Shown piece after piece: positions 18,476 through 26,963 of a stretch of DNA of 64,000 nucleotides. The notes under the pieces were generated by a model. That model did not search any database. It worked only from the letters and a program-made list of their open reading frames with translations, and was not told the origin of the DNA. Each line of letters starts with the position of its first letter. Position 1 is the stretch's first letter. The translations under genes were made by a program, and so were the position numbers. Source of the stretch: a virus. The DNA is taken from IMG/VR virus record IMGVR_UViG_3300034158_000010, positions 1 through 64,000 of that record, one strand, 5' to 3'.

Positions 18476-18880
18476 TTAGTGGATCGAGGCGAGCCACGTA
18501 TTACCGATGTGCACCTCAAAGGATATACCTTTGTCTTCAACCTTTGGTTTCCACGTGGTTGAGCGATTGTTCATGATACCGGTAAGAGAGCCACTCACTT
18601 GAATTTCCCGGTAGGTAGCATTCAAGGTATCTTCCATCATGACTCGTTGCTGTTCTCGGGTCATAGTGCTATCGCCGATGATGCGTTCACTTACAACCTT
18701 GGTCAGGACCATTCTGTATTGATCTAGCATGCAGCGGGGAGGCGCCATTATTTGATCAAATGGGTCACGTGGTTTCTGAACAGGTTCCACCCATGATTTA
18801 CGTAGACGTTCTGCCGCCGCAGCGTCACGTTCTAACGGATGTTTCTTAAGGTTACGGCGTAGTGTGTCGAGCTTTGACAT
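18476..18880 (-). CDS. Hypothetical protein
   Basis: GAGGT RBS. Confidence 0.75.
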   Translation of the reverse strand: MSKLDTLRRNLKKHPLERDAAAAERLRKSWVEPVQKPRDPFDQIMAPPRCMLDQYRMVLTKVVSERIIGDSTMTREQQRVMMEDTLNATYREIQVSGSLTGIMNNRSTTWKPKVEDKGISFEVHIGNTWLASIH

Positions 18881-18932
18881 TGTATTACCTCAATTCGTTA
18901 TACAGCCCTACCCGAAGGTAGAGCCATTTGGA

Positions 18933-19544
18933 TCAGAGACCAAGAACCAGTTTCCAGTCAGCTGATAGCGTATCGTACACATCGAGATCAGCCATGGTTG
19001 GTGTAACTTTGGCGTAACGCCAAGCTTGTACAGTCTCGTAACGAACCGTACCACTATCTGAATGATAGACGTAACCTTTGATCACGTGACCATCTGATAC
19101 CTCACGCGGTACGTACCCTGACCCTACGTCAGCTTCAGGTACGATGATCACCATACCTTTATTGTCTTGAGCGTAATCAATGTCACGCAGTACATGCAAC
19201 TGAATTCTTGCCGGGCGGTGCTCCAACGGTGACTTGTAGTGGCTGGCAAGTTCTTGTGCAGGGCGAATCAATCCAGCTAGCTCAATTCGGAATCGTTTTG
19301 CAAGGAAATACCGTTTAACGATGTCAAGGTCCGCTAGGGCAATTTTGGCTAATACTTTATCGGGACCCATATACAACTCTACGTCGGTGTTATACACGTA
19401 GATTTGGTTGGCGCAATCACACTTTAGGTCATGGCCTACGTCAAGTGTAAGCTGTACCTTTCGACCTATTTCGTCAGAGGCGTAGATAAGGTGTTCTGGG
19501 TGGAACTTCAAGTATTCAGCGAGTTCGAATTTATCGAGGATCAT
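18933..19544 (-). CDS. Hypothetical protein
   Basis: AAGGT RBS, 203 aa; UUCG hairpin downstream (18905-18925). Confidence 0.75.
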   Translation of the reverse strand: MILDKFELAEYLKFHPEHLIYASDEIGRKVQLTLDVGHDLKCDCANQIYVYNTDVELYMGPDKVLAKIALADLDIVKRYFLAKRFRIELAGLIRPAQELASHYKSPLEHRPARIQLHVLRDIDYAQDNKGMVIIVPEADVGSGYVPREVSDGHVIKGYVYHSDSGTVRYETVQAWRYAKVTPTMADLDVYDTLSADWKLVLGL

Positions 19545-19612
19545 GGTGGTACCTTATTGGGAAGTTGTCGTGATGTGTCTCATCCGACTTCATTTAATTA
19601 GGGCCGTGAGTA

Positions 19613-20152
19613 TTAGTCCGCTGGTTTGGTATCCACTAGATAACCACAGTAGTCTCTCCACCGTAGAGTCTCCTCGTCAAATATCCAACTAGCTGGACCA
19701 CTATGAACACCATTGGCTTTATAGGCGTCATGTAACTTACGGCAGGCTTCTTCAAAGCTCAACGCTGTAGTTGTGGCTACGCGATTAGGTGGTGTGAATT
19801 CACCTGTCGCCTGATAACCAACGGACCAAATTTCAAAGGATCGTTCCTTGAGCACAGTAGCTCGTTGCTCACGCAGTACTTGCAATACCTGATCAAAGTC
19901 CTCATAACCCATATTGGTTAATGTGGTGATCAGACTACGCTGGGCTTGGGCATCCAAAAAGGTTTCCTGTAGTTCGGCTGACATCTCAATCAGTAAGCCG
20001 GTATCCAACATACCCTTTAGTTCTTTGAACTCCACATACTCACCCTCAGTGTCCAGAGTCAGCTTCTGCGCTGGAGGTGGGATGTTATGCCGGTCTAGGA
20101 TGATACCGATTGACTTGTTAGTGAAGCGTTGCATCTTGGTGATGATACTCAT
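19613..20152 (-). CDS. Hypothetical protein
   Basis: AAGGA RBS; ATGA overlap with 20149..20319. Confidence 0.7.
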   Translation of the reverse strand: MSIITKMQRFTNKSIGIILDRHNIPPPAQKLTLDTEGEYVEFKELKGMLDTGLLIEMSAELQETFLDAQAQRSLITTLTNMGYEDFDQVLQVLREQRATVLKERSFEIWSVGYQATGEFTPPNRVATTTALSFEEACRKLHDAYKANGVHSGPASWIFDEETLRWRDYCGYLVDTKPAD

Positions 20153-20319
20153 ATTGTACATTTCCTTTGAAGGAGTTCTTCTGTTGGTTCTTGTTGCTTG
20201 TTTTGGGCCTTCAGTATTTGGGTCATTACCCAAGTGCGGGCACGGGCTTTACGTAAGCGAATCTCTGGGGTAGCCCCCATGGCTAAACGGGCTTTCTCGT
20301 ATAGTGCTTCTACACTCAT
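20149..20319 (-). CDS. Small basic protein not in ORF track (MSVEALYEKARLAMG..., 56 aa)
   Basis: GAGGT RBS; fills the gap exactly; stop overlaps the next start. Confidence 0.65.
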   Translation of the reverse strand: MSVEALYEKARLAMGATPEIRLRKARARTWVMTQILKAQNKQQEPTEELLQRKCTI

Positions 20320-20326
20320 AGACACC

Positions 20327-20584
20327 TCAGTGGCAGACGTTCAGATCTTTACGGTGACATTTACACATACAGAAACGCTTGACATCACCATCGATATTAA
20401 TCTTGGTGGTTATAGGCGGTTGTTCGCCACGACTAATTAACCATTCATTAAAGTCTGGTCGTGATAGATCCGGGGTGTGGGTTATTGAGACGTTAGTACC
20501 TAGGGTGGCTAGGTAATTCAAGTCCACCGCATTATCTGGCTCTAGGTATTTTGCATAGGTGTTGTCACAGCATGGTTGGCACAT
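20327..20584 (-). CDS. Cys/His-rich putative zinc-binding protein
   Basis: MCQPCC...FCMCKCH...VCH. Confidence 0.65.
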   Translation of the reverse strand: MCQPCCDNTYAKYLEPDNAVDLNYLATLGTNVSITHTPDLSRPDFNEWLISRGEQPPITTKINIDGDVKRFCMCKCHRKDLNVCH

Positions 20585-20678
20585 GGGTTGAACCCTCTAG
20601 TTAACTATTTAATTAGGTTAGCGGGTATTCCTTGGATTGGGTGTCGGCGGCATAAAGATAGCCCCTAGGGGCTACCAG

Positions 20679-21356
20679 TTATCGCACTAGTTCTAAACAT
20701 GGGCGCCAGCCGCGACTGGTGGCGAGACCAACAGGGGGTGAATGCTCCGTAGAGATACTATCTGCACCGTTACCGCGACACACGACACCAGCTGTACCAC
20801 CTTGAGGGATAGCTGCATCACCACACAACGTGGTGTAACCTGATGTAACCCCTAGCTCAGCATTGGTGAAGTCAGCAAAGTTAGGGAGTCCTGAGGCGGT
20901 CTTAGATGGGATGACTTGCGTACTCACGCGATACATCAGATCGTTCCATTCAGATCCCCAAGTTTTAGGATCGTCAGCTGCGTCGTTGACCCCGGTGTAA
21001 GGATCAAGCAATGAACCTCTTAGTAACCTTAGTAAGTACGTACGGCCACGGATGACAATGTTCTTACCTTTGGCGTATCCCAAGCTGTTCATATACGACC
21101 AACTAATATTCCCACGGATGTGTTGCTTAGGAACGTATTGAACTTTACCCTTGTAGGAAAACTTCAACCAATCGGTTGTCGAGTTCAATGGTGTTCCATC
21201 CGTTACGCCCGCCATGGCAGCTAGGTCAACCCCATTGATAAAGTCGGTCGAAGGTAATGTACCATAGTAACCCGACTGTTCATCGCCAACTATAATTGTA
21301 CCGGGTCCGGGTAGGGGGACTTGACGTGCCAACGTGTTAAGTAGTAGTTCTCTCAT
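20679..21356 (-). CDS. Putative virion structural protein (phiKZ-like paralog type)
   Basis: WLKFSYKGK, SEWNDLMY and C-terminal GWRPCLEL motifs typical of jumbo phage virion proteins. Confidence 0.65.
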   Translation of the reverse strand: MRELLLNTLARQVPLPGPGTIIVGDEQSGYYGTLPSTDFINGVDLAAMAGVTDGTPLNSTTDWLKFSYKGKVQYVPKQHIRGNISWSYMNSLGYAKGKNIVIRGRTYLLRLLRGSLLDPYTGVNDAADDPKTWGSEWNDLMYRVSTQVIPSKTASGLPNFADFTNAELGVTSGYTTLCGDAAIPQGGTAGVVCRGNGADSISTEHSPPVGLATSRGWRPCLELVR

Positions 21357-21396
21357 GATACCGTCTCGAGTTAGTGATCTACATAATTGGTCAACG

Positions 21397-21470
21397 CGGC
21401 ATAAGAGAACTCCCGAAGGAGTCCTCAAATACCAATGGGTCCTTCTGAGCAGCTTCAGTTTGCGACGGAG
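21397..21470 (-). repeat. Copy 1 of duplicated ~75 nt element ending in a UUCG terminator
   Basis: Near-identical flanks to 22442..22516. Confidence 0.85.
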
Positions 21471-21485
21471 AGGCTTTTATGTTTA

Positions 21486-22394
21486 CTACGTCACTTGGAA
21501 CCGCCAGATATCTTTAAAGATAGTTGAACTAGACAACACCCCACCACCGTACATGTAAATACCACCACGGTATGTAGTCAAGCCGTAACCATATCGTGCG
21601 GCTGGCCCGCCGGATGGCTGGGTTATAGTCGTCCAAGTTGTACCATCAAAGGTACACATTCGATCAACGGTTTCACCAGAACCTAGGCCATCATAAATAT
21701 AAGCTACCCCATCAAACACGGCTGCACGAACCTCAGATGTCTTATAGGGTGCAACTGGCATCACTGCCCATGTATTAGTAGCTATCGTGTATTTCCATAC
21801 ACTGGTTTGAGGAGCACCATTTTGTTCTATCCGGCCATGTGTGTAGTAAATGGAGGTAGGTTCCAACTGGAACAATGCACCAGCATAGCGCTGTGCCGGT
21901 AGCTTTGCTAACGTCGTCCAAGCATCCGTAGACGGATCATATCGGCGTACAACATCAGTGAGATTGACGTTTGAATTTAGCCAACCGCCCGCAACGTAGA
22001 TCTGGTCGCCCACAACTAAACTTGAACCCGCTACAAGGTATGGTGTGTAGGGTGCTAACGTGGTCCATTCACCAGTAACGGTGTCGTAGCAATTGTGCGT
22101 ACTAACCGATACATTCGTACCACCGGCGATGATGTGAATCTTGGTGCCAACTGCTTCCATTACTACCTGTGTTCGTGCTGGGGCACCACTTAAAGGAGTG
22201 AGGGTGTTCGTAGGGACGTTCAGTTTATAAAAGGCTGACGTGCTACCAGAGGCGTTTGTGCCACCGTAGATATAAATGTCGTCACCGATCGTTACCATCC
22301 GCACGTAGTTCACAGCCTGCAACTCGGGGAAATTAAGTTGTGCCCAACCTAGGGGAAGTTTAGGTTTATCAGGCATGAATAATAGCTCTATCAT
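21486..22394 (-). CDS. Kelch-repeat beta-propeller protein
   Basis: Six repeats: IYIYGG, IHIIAGG, IYVAGG, IYYTHG, AYIYDG, IYMYGG, with downstream Y..W motifs. Confidence 0.9.
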   Translation of the reverse strand: MIELLFMPDKPKLPLGWAQLNFPELQAVNYVRMVTIGDDIYIYGGTNASGSTSAFYKLNVPTNTLTPLSGAPARTQVVMEAVGTKIHIIAGGTNVSVSTHNCYDTVTGEWTTLAPYTPYLVAGSSLVVGDQIYVAGGWLNSNVNLTDVVRRYDPSTDAWTTLAKLPAQRYAGALFQLEPTSIYYTHGRIEQNGAPQTSVWKYTIATNTWAVMPVAPYKTSEVRAAVFDGVAYIYDGLGSGETVDRMCTFDGTTWTTITQPSGGPAARYGYGLTTYRGGIYMYGGGVLSSSTIFKDIWRFQVT

Positions 22395-22441
22395 AGTGAC
22401 CCTCCATTCATGGTCATACTATCATCCATTTAAGGCCGAGA

Positions 22442-22516
22442 CGGCATAAGAGAACTCCCGAAGGAGTCCTCGAATACCACTTCGGTCTACCACAACAGCT
22501 TCAGTATGCGATGGAG
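22442..22516 (-). repeat. Copy 2 of duplicated element; closes the tRNA operon
   Basis: See copy 1. Confidence 0.85.
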
Positions 22517-22529
22517 GACCCTTAAGTAA

Positions 22530-22605
22530 TGGCACGCATCCCAAGAATCGAACTTGGAACCTACGGTTTTGGAGACCGTCGCTCTGCCAATTGAGCTAGA
22601 CACGT
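22530..22605 (-). tRNA. tRNA-Trp(CCA)
   Basis: 76 nt cloverleaf; anticodon loop CT-CCA-AA; TTCGA T-loop; encoded CCA. Confidence 0.95.
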
Positions 22606-22608
22606 AAA

Positions 22609-22684
22609 TGGCTCCATGACCTGGACTCGAACCAGGGACAAACGGATTAACAGTCCGTTGCTCTACCAACTGAGCTATCATGGA
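22609..22684 (-). tRNA. tRNA-Asn(GTT)
   Basis: 76 nt cloverleaf; CT-GTT-AA; encoded CCA. Confidence 0.95.
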
Positions 22685-22690
22685 ATGTGG

Positions 22691-22858
22691 CTATGCAACT
22701 TTACCTTCACGCTCATCAAGAGTGTAGTCGGCATCGTTGACGGCTTCTTTCAAAGCCTGATGGTCAAGTTTAAGGTTCTTCCAGCTAAGTCGATCACAGC
22801 ATCGACAATCAGCGGGACCAAAGTTATCAAGTGGACGTTGTTTGATTTTCACTTTCAT
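22691..22858 (-). CDS. Small protein inside the tRNA cluster (55 aa, CRCC)
   Basis: GAGGT RBS before ATG 22858. Confidence 0.6.
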   Translation of the reverse strand: MKVKIKQRPLDNFGPADCRCCDRLSWKNLKLDHQALKEAVNDADYTLDEREGKVA

Positions 22859-22880
22859 AGCTTTTACCTCGAGAATAAAT

Positions 22881-22974
22881 CGAGTTATAGTAACAGCGAG
22901 TATCGAAGTCGCACACAGCCACGGATTGGTTACCGGAGCCTGTCCTACCAATTGGACGATGTCACTATAACTTG
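22881..22974 (-). ncRNA. tRNA-like RNA with extended acceptor helix and enlarged anticodon arm
   Basis: D arm GTCC-AATTGGTA-GGAC; T arm GCGAC-TTCGATA-CTCGC; 13 bp terminal helix; no CCA. Confidence 0.7.
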
Positions 22975-22978
22975 AAAA

Positions 22979-23063
22979 TGGTGGAGAGACAAGGATTCGA
23001 ACCTTGGAAGAATTAACGCCGGATTTACAGTCCGGTCCCTTTGAGCCGCTCGGGAATCTCTCC
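22979..23063 (-). tRNA. tRNA-Tyr(GTA)
   Basis: 85 nt; CT-GTA-AA; long variable arm; encoded CCA. Confidence 0.95.
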
Positions 23064-23069
23064 TAAAAC

Positions 23070-23120
23070 TGGTGGTCAGTACCTGGCTCTTAACAGGCTG
23101 CATGCAACTAAGACTGCCCC
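23070..23120 (-). ncRNA. Minihelix-like tRNA remnant ending in ACCA
   Basis: GGGCAGT/ACTGACC-ACCA acceptor plus GCCTG/CAGGT hairpin. Confidence 0.35.
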
Positions 23121-23159
23121 GACTCGTAAGCAGTGAAGGTTTGTTAAGACGGCATGGTC

Positions 23160-23192
23160 TTACATAGTATTACATAACCAGTATAGTTTTAA
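23160..23192 (-). promoter_or_regulatory. Probable middle/late promoter of the tRNA operon
   Basis: AAAACTATAC...TATGTAA on the minus strand; TATG marks phiKZ late starts. Confidence 0.5.
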
Positions 23193-23202
23193 TTTATACT
23201 GT

Positions 23203-23223
23203 CCCCTACCCGAAGGTAGGGGT
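23203..23223 (-). terminator. UUCG hairpin terminator
   Basis: CCCCTACC-TTCG-GGTAGGGG on the minus strand. Confidence 0.75.
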
Positions 23224-23228
23224 ATGTA

Positions 23229-23471
23229 TCAACGGTTCCAGATATCACCAAGTTTTACACGGTTGGTAGGTCTGGCACCAGAGGTGTAGTAGTTAACACC
23301 GTATGGACTTGCAGCTACACACGGGGTATATGGGATACCCTTCTCCTCACAGATCTTTCGGAAAGCATCCTCCGACTCTTTAAACTTACGTACCATCTCC
23401 AGAGCCTTAGCTCGTGCATTGGGGTCACATGGACGTTTCTTGAGATCAGACAATTTGAATACTGGGATCAT
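23229..23471 (-). CDS. Hypothetical protein
   Basis: Operon packing. Confidence 0.65.
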   Translation of the reverse strand: MIPVFKLSDLKKRPCDPNARAKALEMVRKFKESEDAFRKICEEKGIPYTPCVAASPYGVNYYTSGARPTNRVKLGDIWNR

Positions 23472-23475
23472 TGGA

Positions 23476-24282
23476 TTAACCTAGGAATACAAGACGGGTG
23501 TTCTGACGACCAAGCTTAGCCATCAAGCGGTACAGGTTGTTCAGGTTCAATTGGTTAGCGTGAATGTAGCGACTAACCCCGACGATAACCAGTAGATTGA
23601 AGTTCTTTTGGAACGATCTGATGTTCACCAGTTCGTTGGCCAGGATTCGACCTTCAGCTAACCACTTGGTGTCATCGTAAGCATCGTCTTCAATAGACTC
23701 GTACTGTCCGGCATTCAGAAAACGCATCGCAGCGCGGGTGTCGGTTGGGTAGAGGCGTACCACGCCTTCCTCGATCACGTCCTTCTGGTTGTTAGCCAAC
23801 TGCATCAATTGATCAAAGGATGGAATGAGGTCATCCTTACCATGTTCATCGGAATAACGGCTACCGTCGATAGCTACCATTTCATCACCGTGGTGCATAC
23901 GCAGCCAATCTACAACTTTCCATTCAGTGCCTTCAACGATGTCACCACTGATAAAGGTAGCTTCATCACGGAACTTGGTCCAAGCTGGAGCTTCGTGTCG
24001 ATTCGCTGTATTCGTAAGGTAAACACTTCGGTGGAATTTACGGGCGATCAATTTAGCGAGGGCTTCTTCCTGCGTCAGATCACGGTCTTCATTAGCAAAC
24101 TCAGTTGCATCGATGTCAGGGGTGAAGTAATGGAAAAGAGCGTCTACAGATACTCGCTCGGCATGAGACACGGGAATTGGGTCAGTGTCGATGGTGTATG
24201 TACCATGACGCCCTGCTAGGCAATACATCGGTTTGTAATCAGCTTGTGCTACAGGTGATGCTTCTTCTTTACGACTTATCAT
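23476..24282 (-). CDS. Degenerate PhoH-like protein
   Basis: C-terminal HANQLN...LMAKLGRQNTRLVFLG resembles PhoH DEAQN...LTRLGENSKxVxxG; Walker A decayed to LAGRHGTYT. Confidence 0.45.
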   Translation of the reverse strand: MISRKEEASPVAQADYKPMYCLAGRHGTYTIDTDPIPVSHAERVSVDALFHYFTPDIDATEFANEDRDLTQEEALAKLIARKFHRSVYLTNTANRHEAPAWTKFRDEATFISGDIVEGTEWKVVDWLRMHHGDEMVAIDGSRYSDEHGKDDLIPSFDQLMQLANNQKDVIEEGVVRLYPTDTRAAMRFLNAGQYESIEDDAYDDTKWLAEGRILANELVNIRSFQKNFNLLVIVGVSRYIHANQLNLNNLYRLMAKLGRQNTRLVFLG

Positions 24283-24466
24283 TTCTGTATCCTATTCCCA
24301 TACTGGGATGTGGTTTCAGTTTATGTAGCGATAGTGCTACAGTTTATTATCCACATCAGTAAAGTTTGAGACGGCATAAAACCCACCGTCCAGGTTAGAG
24401 GACAGTGGGTTCCACACGGCTTACTAGTTTTACCAAGTAAATCAAGGTGTTACATATAATTGCTAA

Positions 24467-26872
24467 TTACGCCTGATGTTTGTTAACCAACGTGAGGTAG
24501 TTAGCCAGGTCTTCCAGAATCAACTCCAGACGAACCGTTACTTGGTGTAGGCAATCGAACGGATCATTGGATACGTGGGCGTGCATACGTAGCTTGTTCA
24601 TCACCTCAACGGCTTTATCACTTTGGGAATAACCACGGTAAGGGGCATCGGTAAAGTCTGGACCATGACCATACATCTCGTAGTGACCATCTTCGGCAAT
24701 ACGGATCAGGTTAGCGGTATTGGTAATCAACTTCTTAAGAGCACCTACCTTACCAGTTGGAACTTCGTCGATCTCAACGGTAGCGGAACCTGCACGATGG
24801 GCCTCACGACTAAAGCCTTCCTCACCATCTTCCCAGTTATCCTTACCCCAGATAACGAAGTCATGAGAGTTAGAGAATACGTCGAAGTATGGCTTGGGTT
24901 CGTCCGCCTGCATTTTCTTCAATAGCTCAACGAACTCGTCTTCACGGTCAGCGTTACCATTAAATGCATCAAGCTTAGAAGCCCACTTGTTTTCCCAAGC
25001 TTCCAACTTCTGGTCGTACTTACTCAGGTCCTTGATGATCTTATCGTACGCCAGTACGTCACGCTGAAGATCAGCGATCCAATTCGGGTTATACTTACCG
25101 TTGGACAAGAAGATGGCTGTCTTAGAACCCGTCATGGTAACGGCAGGGAGAGCTGTGTCTGGACCATTAGTAAACTTAGCCGCTACGTCGATAGACGCAA
25201 TGGGTAGTTCAGCTACGATCTCAGCTTTCTTAGGACCCGAGAAAAGTTTCTTCAGTGTGTCGAAGATACCTTCATTGGAAGCCACCAGATACGTCTCACA
25301 AGCTGCCTTAAGCTCCTGAGTAGTTGGGATAGTCGGTTCGTTGAAAGCTTCAAAGCTATTAGTGGTTACGTTGGTAATGGACTTACCAATGTAGTTAACC
25401 AACGAGTCAGCGATGTTCTCAGCATTGATCCATGCAGCGTGTGTAGTGATACGTTGCTTGATCTCGGCATTCACCATGTAGGTGATCGTTGAGTATGCTT
25501 GTTCTAATCGTGAAATAGCCGCGTAAATAGGGGCATGATCTGGATTAGGAACGTGTGGTGCATGCGGAGTGGATGGACGAGGGGCGTACAAAGACTTAAC
25601 GTAAGCAGCGTTAGGTAACGACATGCTAACCCGGAGACTACCCTCGTAAGTTGTTTGGACACCGTGTACCGTGCCAATCAAATCACTGAACATACGAACT
25701 TCAACTTTAGTCAAAGCATCGCCCGTTTGTGATACGAGTTCCGTTTCCATCAACTCAGGTTCTTTCAAGTTAATGTTCAAGCGGATCATGTATGGATTGA
25801 TGCGGGCAATGGCTAGATCCAATGGCGCCGTTGAAGTCTGTCTTCCGTTCGAATACATGCTCAGGGCGTTAACCGCAATCTTTAACGCATCTTTAATCTT
25901 CAACATCTCACGAGAGTTATGTTGCGACACCGCATTAACCGCAGCCTTATAACGCTGTACGTAGCTCTGTGCTGTCTGTGGGGTGAAGTCTGGCAAAGCC
26001 CGATAGTTGACCTGACCTAGTGTATACTTCTGGCGAGACAGCCACGTAGGGTCACCGATAGTGCGACGGAGTTTATTACGTAAGTCTGGATCTTTACCAA
26101 CCAAGTGGATCTTAGTCGGGCGATTTGCAAAGAAGTCTTTAATACTCTGCCAGATACCTTCTACCGAAACTACGTCCCCAACGGGGGTATAAACGATAGC
26201 TGGATCGTTAACAATGTTTTCCAAACCGATAGCCATGAATTGACGGGCCACTGGGTCTAGACCGTCTGCGCCTGCATCGGTGATTTGTTTTTCGTACTGC
26301 TTTACGGTCTTAGACATTTTAGTCTCTCGTTGGGGTTGCTGTTCAAGGCTAACCGTATTCCGGTAAGCGTATAGTAGTTGTAGGCGTTTGTTTGCCTGTT
26401 CGTAATAGCGTTCCATACCAGGCTTAATCAGGATCACACCTTTGACGTTCTTACCAGCGTAGTCTTCACGAAGCATTCGCATGATGTAAGAATTCAAGCC
26501 CTTACCTTCTTGGGCATACTTCTTAAGGTATCCCATCGACTCAGGCGTTGTTGATTTTAAGGTATAGATGTAACGTGAACCCGTGGTGAAGTTAACAACC
26601 ATCCAGTCTGGACCGTAATCATAACTAGCCACCCCAGAGTTACCGCCAATGTTAGCATAAGCATAACCCGGACGATTGTCGTCGAGCAGTTGAGCTACCG
26701 CTGCTGGAGTAACCCCTAGTTCCTCAGCTACTTCCTCATCGGTATCTTTCCAATAAGTACTAACGGTGTTAGCTGCCTCGTCCCAGTACTTCTGTATTAC
26801 ATCTAGTGCATCCTCTATGGATACTTTCAGTGGGTATTCTACCCTCTGGATTAATCGGTCAAGGCTGGTCAT
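24467..26872 (-). CDS. Internal head/virion protein with KTSC-like domain and several S-x-E maturation sites
   Basis: NSGVASYDYG...VNFTTGSRYIY (KTSC-like); SIE, SLE, SVE-GIWQSIKDFF, SFE, SNE-GIFDTLKKLF. Confidence 0.7.
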   Translation of the reverse strand: MTSLDRLIQRVEYPLKVSIEDALDVIQKYWDEAANTVSTYWKDTDEEVAEELGVTPAAVAQLLDDNRPGYAYANIGGNSGVASYDYGPDWMVVNFTTGSRYIYTLKSTTPESMGYLKKYAQEGKGLNSYIMRMLREDYAGKNVKGVILIKPGMERYYEQANKRLQLLYAYRNTVSLEQQPQRETKMSKTVKQYEKQITDAGADGLDPVARQFMAIGLENIVNDPAIVYTPVGDVVSVEGIWQSIKDFFANRPTKIHLVGKDPDLRNKLRRTIGDPTWLSRQKYTLGQVNYRALPDFTPQTAQSYVQRYKAAVNAVSQHNSREMLKIKDALKIAVNALSMYSNGRQTSTAPLDLAIARINPYMIRLNINLKEPELMETELVSQTGDALTKVEVRMFSDLIGTVHGVQTTYEGSLRVSMSLPNAAYVKSLYAPRPSTPHAPHVPNPDHAPIYAAISRLEQAYSTITYMVNAEIKQRITTHAAWINAENIADSLVNYIGKSITNVTTNSFEAFNEPTIPTTQELKAACETYLVASNEGIFDTLKKLFSGPKKAEIVAELPIASIDVAAKFTNGPDTALPAVTMTGSKTAIFLSNGKYNPNWIADLQRDVLAYDKIIKDLSKYDQKLEAWENKWASKLDAFNGNADREDEFVELLKKMQADEPKPYFDVFSNSHDFVIWGKDNWEDGEEGFSREAHRAGSATVEIDEVPTGKVGALKKLITNTANLIRIAEDGHYEMYGHGPDFTDAPYRGYSQSDKAVEVMNKLRMHAHVSNDPFDCLHQVTVRLELILEDLANYLTLVNKHQA

Positions 26873-26922
26873 CTCAGCTCCATATATTTACTAGTATATG
26901 ATTAAGGGGAGGGTATACTTAA

Positions 26923-26958
26923 CGGCATAAAAGCCCTAGCTACGGCTAGGGCTTTATA
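26923..26958. terminator. Hairpin terminator
   Basis: CGGCATAA-AAGCCCTAGC-TACG-GCTAGGGCTT. Confidence 0.75.
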
Positions 26959-26963
26959 TCGCT

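Noticed and set aside
21397-22516. Duplicated element as a CRISPR repeat
   Set aside because: Only two copies ~1 kb apart, no regular spacers, no cas genes
22487-22975. ORFs 22487-22681 and 22616-22975
   Set aside because: Translations of tRNA genes
24389-24401. Terminator loop CTCTAACC matches 12730-12737 and is complementary to AGGTTAGA in the ncRNA candidate
   Set aside because: An 8 nt match found after many comparisons; not distinguishable from chance
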